The translations under genes and the position numbers were made by a program. 38,424 nucleotides of DNA from a virus (lineage: Duplodnaviria > Caudoviricetes), in IMG/VR virus record IMGVR_UViG_3300007363_000011, positions 1 to 38,424 of that record; one strand, written 5' to 3'. The notes below the pieces were generated by a model. That model saw nothing but the letters and a program-made list of their open reading frames with translations, searched no databases and was not told the origin of the DNA. Of the stretch, positions 34,634 to 38,424 are shown one piece after another (the first letter of the stretch is position 1; every line of letters starts with the position of its first letter).

Positions 34634-36072
34634 ACAGCATGTCTCCGTAGCGGCTTGCCGCTGAGGGTTCTATTGGGCAGTTTTGTTACACCGCGTAGCG
34701 CCCACGACAGTTCCATGATGGCGTAACGCCGTGCGTCCATAGCGTCAGCGTGGTGGTTTACCGGGGTCTTGGTGGAGTACCGGGTGCGGTCATTTGGGTC
34801 AGTGCGGTCTGACCAGCGGTATCCGGGGAATTCGCTAATAGAGTTTTTACATTCGGGGCTTATAGTAAGTTTGTCATTTTCCAACAGGAACGCAACCATG
34901 CCAAGGCCCTCGCCTCGGCGGTTGTCAGCACCACGAGCGGGGATACCTTGAGCCTGAAGCGTAGAGATAGCAACTGGTTCGGTCGGGTCACAAACAACAG
35001 TGCCGATTGGGTATTGGCTAAGGAAGTTGATCAATTGATCAACGCCCACCGTGCCCGGTTTGTAGAACTCGGCGTACTGATGTACATGATGATGTGAGTC
35101 CATCCCAAGGACTACGATAGCCGTAGGGTCGCCACCACCAAAGTCGATACCCGCTACCACCCGAATGCAGTCCTCAATAGGAACCCGCTGCTCCCCCACA
35201 TGGCGGTGCCTATCGAACTGCGGGAACACCAGCCCTTGTCTGGCAACGAATGCATCGTCTTCTGAGTCTGGGTAGAAGGCGTCAAACTCCTCCGGCATGC
35301 CGGTATACGCCGCACGTTCTACCGCCAGCCACGCCTCATCACGCCCCGGACGCGCTGACCAAGGGATGAATACAGCGGTGTAAGGCGTTTCGCCCTCTGC
35401 TGAAGCCATGTACAAATCATGGAATAGGCCCGATGGCCCAAGCCTTGGGTTAGCAGTAGATAATGCAATAAACTGTCCACCAGCAGAAAGAGTAGGACGA
35501 AGAGCGGCATAGTTGGATTCTCCCCACGGGTGAAAGGCTAACTCGTCCATCACTGCTAACTGGAATGTGTACGAAACGCCAGCATCCTCTGACGACGGCA
35601 GGGCCATGATGCGCCCACCGGAGTCAAACTCAGCGTCGTCCGTCCTCCAGTTCACAATCCCCCTCTTGGACGGAGGCAGGGAGAACCATGCCCTCCGGCA
35701 CCGGGTCAACAGTTCCCGCGCTTCTCTCTGACCTACGGAGAAAAGGGCCACTCGCCACCCTGAATACATAGCGCGGTACAGCGCATACAGCACAATGGCT
35801 TCCGACATGCCTAACTGGCGTGCCTTTAGGATGATTTCGGAGTTGCCCTGTTCCCACGACTCAAACCGTTCTAACTGATGCGGCCAACCTGTGAATGGAA
35901 TTAACTCAGGCTTAATGGGATCGTCAGAGAGAATACGAACTATCTTAGAGAACTCAGTGACCGAAGGAGGTTTGGCCCGAGCGGCATCACGTTTCTTAAT
36001 CAGCGAAATAGCCGCCAGTACCTCTAAGGGTACGTCGGTGGTATGAAGCGGCTGTTTGGCGGTTCTAGGAAT
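34630..36072 (-). CDS. terL: Terminase large subunit (start uncertain; ATT at 36072 proposed)
   Basis: Frame open to 36111; WPHQ and Walker A LKARQLGMS lie upstream of or span the tracked ATG 35808; Walker B VMDE; nuclease motifs GIDFG and DAMDARRY. Confidence 0.9.
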   Translation of the reverse strand: MPRTAKQPLHTTDVPLEVLAAISLIKKRDAARAKPPSVTEFSKIVRILSDDPIKPELIPFTGWPHQLERFESWEQGNSEIILKARQLGMSEAIVLYALYRAMYSGWRVALFSVGQREARELLTRCRRAWFSLPPSKRGIVNWRTDDAEFDSGGRIMALPSSEDAGVSYTFQLAVMDELAFHPWGESNYAALRPTLSAGGQFIALSTANPRLGPSGLFHDLYMASAEGETPYTAVFIPWSARPGRDEAWLAVERAAYTGMPEEFDAFYPDSEDDAFVARQGLVFPQFDRHRHVGEQRVPIEDCIRVVAGIDFGGGDPTAIVVLGMDSHHHVHQYAEFYKPGTVGVDQLINFLSQYPIGTVVCDPTEPVAISTLQAQGIPARGADNRRGEGLGMVAFLLENDKLTISPECKNSISEFPGYRWSDRTDPNDRTRYSTKTPVNHHADAMDARRYAIMELSWALRGVTKLPNRTLSGKPLRRHAV

Positions 36073-36107
36073 CTTGGTTCCCGGACTTCGTGAACGGATA
36101 ATACATG

Positions 36108-36551
36108 TTAATCATTATTACCCGACTTAAGCATGAGGTTAATTCTCTGCGCTTCTTGGATAAGTTCTGTTTCGTCTACCCCGTAGGTGTTAGCAATAAG
36201 CGAGATCGCCCGCACGTCCACTTCCCGCTTGTCACTAAACTCACGATGACGCTTGGCAAGGAGGGTAAGGGCTGAGACACGGGCTGCATGCGGTGCCGTT
36301 GGGTCGGTCGCGATCGCCCACCCCTCTCGAACGATGTCTTCAGCCGTTACCTCTGCCCGCTGGAATACTCGGTCACGGACTTTATCTAGTTCCCGGCTAA
36401 TCCGTGGGTCTTTCATCAGCCGAGCAGCGGTTACGTCGGCGCTTCCTGCTGCATACCCGGCCCGGATAGCCGCCTGAGTCCCATTGTTATCAATAAGGTA
36501 CTCTTGAACAAAGCGGGCTTGCTTCATTGTTAACTTAGGTCGTGCTGCCAT
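36108..36551 (-). CDS. terS: Terminase small subunit
   Basis: LTMKQARFVQEYLIDNNGTQAAIRAGY. Confidence 0.92.
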   Translation of the reverse strand: MAARPKLTMKQARFVQEYLIDNNGTQAAIRAGYAAGSADVTAARLMKDPRISRELDKVRDRVFQRAEVTAEDIVREGWAIATDPTAPHAARVSALTLLAKRHREFSDKREVDVRAISLIANTYGVDETELIQEAQRINLMLKSGNND

Positions 36552-36557
36552 GGTGAT

Positions 36558-36585
36558 AGTGTATACACAAATTATCATTTGTCAA
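36558..36585 (-). promoter_or_regulatory. Late promoter giving a probably leaderless terS mRNA
   Basis: TTGACA-N16-TACACT-N6-ATG; no SD sequence. Confidence 0.65.
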
Positions 36586-37098
36586 TAACATGTGAAAATA
36601 ACCTAGCATAAAGTGCCTAGTCTAGAAAAATATCCTGTATTTTTTCAGGAGTCTAATTACCTAGATTACTGACTCCTGTATTTTTACGGGGCGCTATGGC
36701 GTCTAAAGCGGGCTAAAAACACGTGGGCGGCACGGCCCTAAGGGGCCTCACGAGCCCGCTTACTCGGGCGTGGTACTTAGTGCCACTGCGCCACGGAAGC
36801 GCGCTGTAGACGCTTCCTGCGGGCTTTAGGCGCGGTTCTGATTCCCTTATTGCAGTGGCAGAAAAGGTGGGGGCTGGATTTTTTGTTGCAATTTGTAGCG
36901 GGGATGTCCCCCCGCGCGGCGCCGCCGTCGCGGTCGCCCGTCTCGCCGCGGCATGCCATGACGCGCGTGTCATGTATCGCTTGTCGTGACAGACAGAACA
37001 GCGTAACCGCCTAAGCAAATTAGCAGAATCAGCCGGGAGCGAGGGGTACCGGTACGGGGTCGGGGTATGACGTCACCTGCGACCGGGCCAGCGTGCCA

Positions 37099-37126
37099 GA
37101 ACATCCGTTCTCCAGAACATCTGTTC
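37099..37126. promoter_or_regulatory. Two tandem LexA (SOS/Cheo) boxes
   Basis: GAAC-ATCC-GTTC at 37099; GAAC-ATCT-GTTC at 37115. Confidence 0.8.
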
Positions 37127-37372
37127 AGCACGTCTGTCCTATCCGTCCACTTGCATATACGTCTTATCAATTCCTAGGTGGGCGCATCGCGGATACCCTA
37201 CCTAGGTATGGCATCACCAAGTATCAACAAATTGATAGCACCGCCAGAAACTATCACAACTTTAATAGAAATTGACCCTAGATATCAATTTAATGTTACA
37301 CACGGCGCGGCTGGCCTGCTTAACTGTCTCCAGTGGCAATGAACACCGGACACGAACGGAAGGGACGCACGA

Positions 37373-37498
37373 ATGAACGCGGTGATGGTCAAGTCTGGCG
37401 GTCGGCAACTCCCGTGGCGCTTCGGCAGCGATCAGCACAAGCGCGCGATCCAGCGTGCGGACGCAATCGCGTCTCGCTGGCAGGTGGTCGCCAAGTAG
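37373..37498 (+). CDS. 41-aa basic peptide with LPWRF motif
   Basis: Not in the track: GAAGGGA RBS; MNAVMVKSGGRQLPWRFGSDQHKRAIQRADAIASRWQVVAK. Confidence 0.6.
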   Translation: MNAVMVKSGGRQLPWRFGSDQHKRAIQRADAIASRWQVVAK

Positions 37499-37557
37499 AA
37501 CGCACGTTCGAGTCTGGGGCAGAACGCTTGTTCTGACCCACTCGCGAACGGATGTTC
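37498..37557. promoter_or_regulatory. Three LexA boxes at exact 24-bp spacing
   Basis: GAAC-GCAC-GTTC at 37498, GAAC-GCTT-GTTC at 37522, GAAC-GGAT-GTTC at 37546. Confidence 0.85.
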
Positions 37558-37578
37558 TGTTCGGGATAAGGTATCGTT

Positions 37579-37848
37579 ATGTTCACCGAGGGCGCATTGC
37601 GTCCGTGGGAAGTGCTGATGCGCGATCCCATCGGGCGGCAGCCGAAGGCTCAGAATCTACCGTGGCGATTCTCCGGGCGTGCTAGCACGCTGAAGATCAA
37701 CGGCGTCGAAGTTGCGCGCAAGCCGCGCACGGTGAAGAACACGCGTTCTACTAGCGTCAGGCGAACTACTGCGCCAGTAGAACGGACGTTCGACAACAAC
37801 GCCCGGCTGGAAATTTCCCGCGGAATTCGAGCGAATCTGGCGATCTAG
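37579..37848 (+). CDS. 89-aa basic protein with LPWRF motif, possibly leaderless
   Basis: TAAGGT-N6-ATG; motif shared with the 37373 ORF. Confidence 0.5.
   Translation: MFTEGALRPWEVLMRDPIGRQPKAQNLPWRFSGRASTLKINGVEVARKPRTVKNTRSTSVRRTTAPVERTFDNNARLEISRGIRANLAI
37737..37791. promoter_or_regulatory. Two further LexA boxes
   Basis: GAAC-ACGC-GTTC at 37737; GAAC-GGAC-GTTC at 37780. Confidence 0.75.
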
Positions 37849-37907
37849 GTATTGCACTTAGTATCGCGGCATGATTTGATCCTATTAGTGAAGGGACGGC
37901 ACAAGTA

Positions 37908-38424
37908 ATGCGGGCATACCACTTCCTGCAATACGACATGACCACATCTAGTGGGGACGAACCCGCGTGGACGGTGGGGGAGACACGCACCATTCCCGCT
38001 AACCGCAAGATCATCCCGTGCGAGTACGGCTATCACGCCTCGCCTACGCTGTTCGATGCGTTGACATACGCGCCGGGTTCTATTGCTTGTGTGGTGGAAC
38101 TCGACGGCGACGTAACCCCGCACGGCAACCCGCCGGACAAGTACGCCGCACGTTCGCGGACGCTGATTGCCGCTGTTGACCTGACGGTTGCGTTGCGACT
38201 GTTCGCTGCTGACTGCGCCGAAAAAGTCCTCCCAATCTTCGAGAAGGAGCGACCAAACGACGACCGCCCACGCAAGGCGATCGAGGCAGCGCGCGCCTAC
38301 GCCGGAGGCGAGATCGACGCTGCGGCGGTGGCTGCGGCGTGGGCTGCGGGGAGGGATGCGGCGATGGCTGCGGGGAGGGCTGCGAAGAGGGATGCGGCGA
38401 GGGATGCGGCGAGGGCTGCGGCGA
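37908..38424 (+). CDS. Imm5-like domain protein with Ala-rich repeats, paralog 1 (5' part; continues through the junction to 208; 209 aa in total)
   Basis: Not in the ORF track. ATG at 37908 after GAAGGGA; MRAYHFLQ...CEYGYHAS...YAPG...KYAARSR...RLFAADCAEKVLPIFEKERPNDDRPRKAIEAARAY matches the Imm5-like pattern. Confidence 0.85.
   Translation, partial: MRAYHFLQYDMTTSSGDEPAWTVGETRTIPANRKIIPCEYGYHASPTLFDALTYAPGSIACVVELDGDVTPHGNPPDKYAARSRTLIAAVDLTVALRLFAADCAEKVLPIFEKERPNDDRPRKAIEAARAYAGGEIDAAAVAAAWAAGRDAAMAAGRAAKRDAARDAARAAA
38330..38424 (+). repeat. 95-bp terminal overlap identical to positions 1-95 (circular assembly overlap)
   Basis: Both copies read GGCTGCGGCGTGGGCTGCGGGGAGG...GGCTGCGGCGA. 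Confidence 0.95.

Larger units (their letters stand above)
1..38424. mobile_element. Complete circularly permuted Caudoviricetes genome, podovirus-like (unit length 38,329 bp)
   Basis: Terminase, portal, capsid, DnaB and lysis genes; no host housekeeping genes; exact end overlap; one ORF reads in frame across the junction. Confidence 0.95.

Noticed and set aside
36105-36120. TerS-TerL fusion by -1 frameshift
   Set aside because: The terL frame has TGA at 36112-36114 immediately before the terS stop, and there is no slippery heptamer
36713-37275. ORFs in the control region
   Set aside because: No RBS or protein-like motifs; they overlap hairpins and operators
37498-37557. Mini-CRISPR array
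   Set aside because: The units are 12-bp palindromes with 12-bp gaps, far too short; no cas operon, and the Cas4-like gene is a usual phage nuclease
1-38424. Diversity-generating retroelement, tRNA genes or an alternative genetic code
   Set aside because: No reverse transcriptase motif or TR/VR pair noticed, no cloverleaf noticed, and genes tile densely using all three standard stops; checked by eye only

Overview
This window is an apparently complete, circularly permuted ~38.3-kb tailed-phage genome. Bases 38330-38424 repeat bases 1-95 exactly, giving a 38,329-bp circle. It has two divergent arms that start in a control region at ~36.6-37.9 kb and converge on a terminator at ~14.1 kb. The + arm carries early, replication, nucleotide-metabolism and lysis genes: two tandem Imm5-like paralogs with Ala-rich repeats, Gp88-like, DUF932, an Sm-like protein coupled to a Ser-(Arg/Trp/Gly) repeat peptide, dCMP deaminase, a lysozyme-like protein, a PD-(D/E)XK nuclease, DnaB, endonuclease VII, HNH, an excisionase-type HTH, an M23 endolysin with a possible holin, DUF6378, a metallophosphoesterase and a second deaminase. 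The - arm is a podovirus-like (P22-style) morphogenesis module: TerS, TerL, portal, ejection-type proteins, five tiny coupled proteins (four strongly basic), scaffold, capsid, adaptor, nozzle and fibre proteins. I recognise no integrase, CI repressor, polymerase, primase or tape-measure gene. The strongest unexplained signal is seven perfect LexA boxes (GAAC-RNNY-GTTC) within ~700 bp at the start of the early arm, interleaved with two small ORFs sharing an LPWRF motif. This suggests a switch wired directly to host LexA, or a LexA decoy. Other oddities are a terminase large subunit with no ATG/GTG/TTG start upstream of its Walker A motif, a ~230-nt structured leader or ncRNA behind a sigma70-like promoter, and paired ATCTGT-N4-ACAGAT operators at the capsid promoter. 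Family names come from motif recognition by eye, not database searches. A Chloroflexota (Dehalococcoidia-like) host is an inference.
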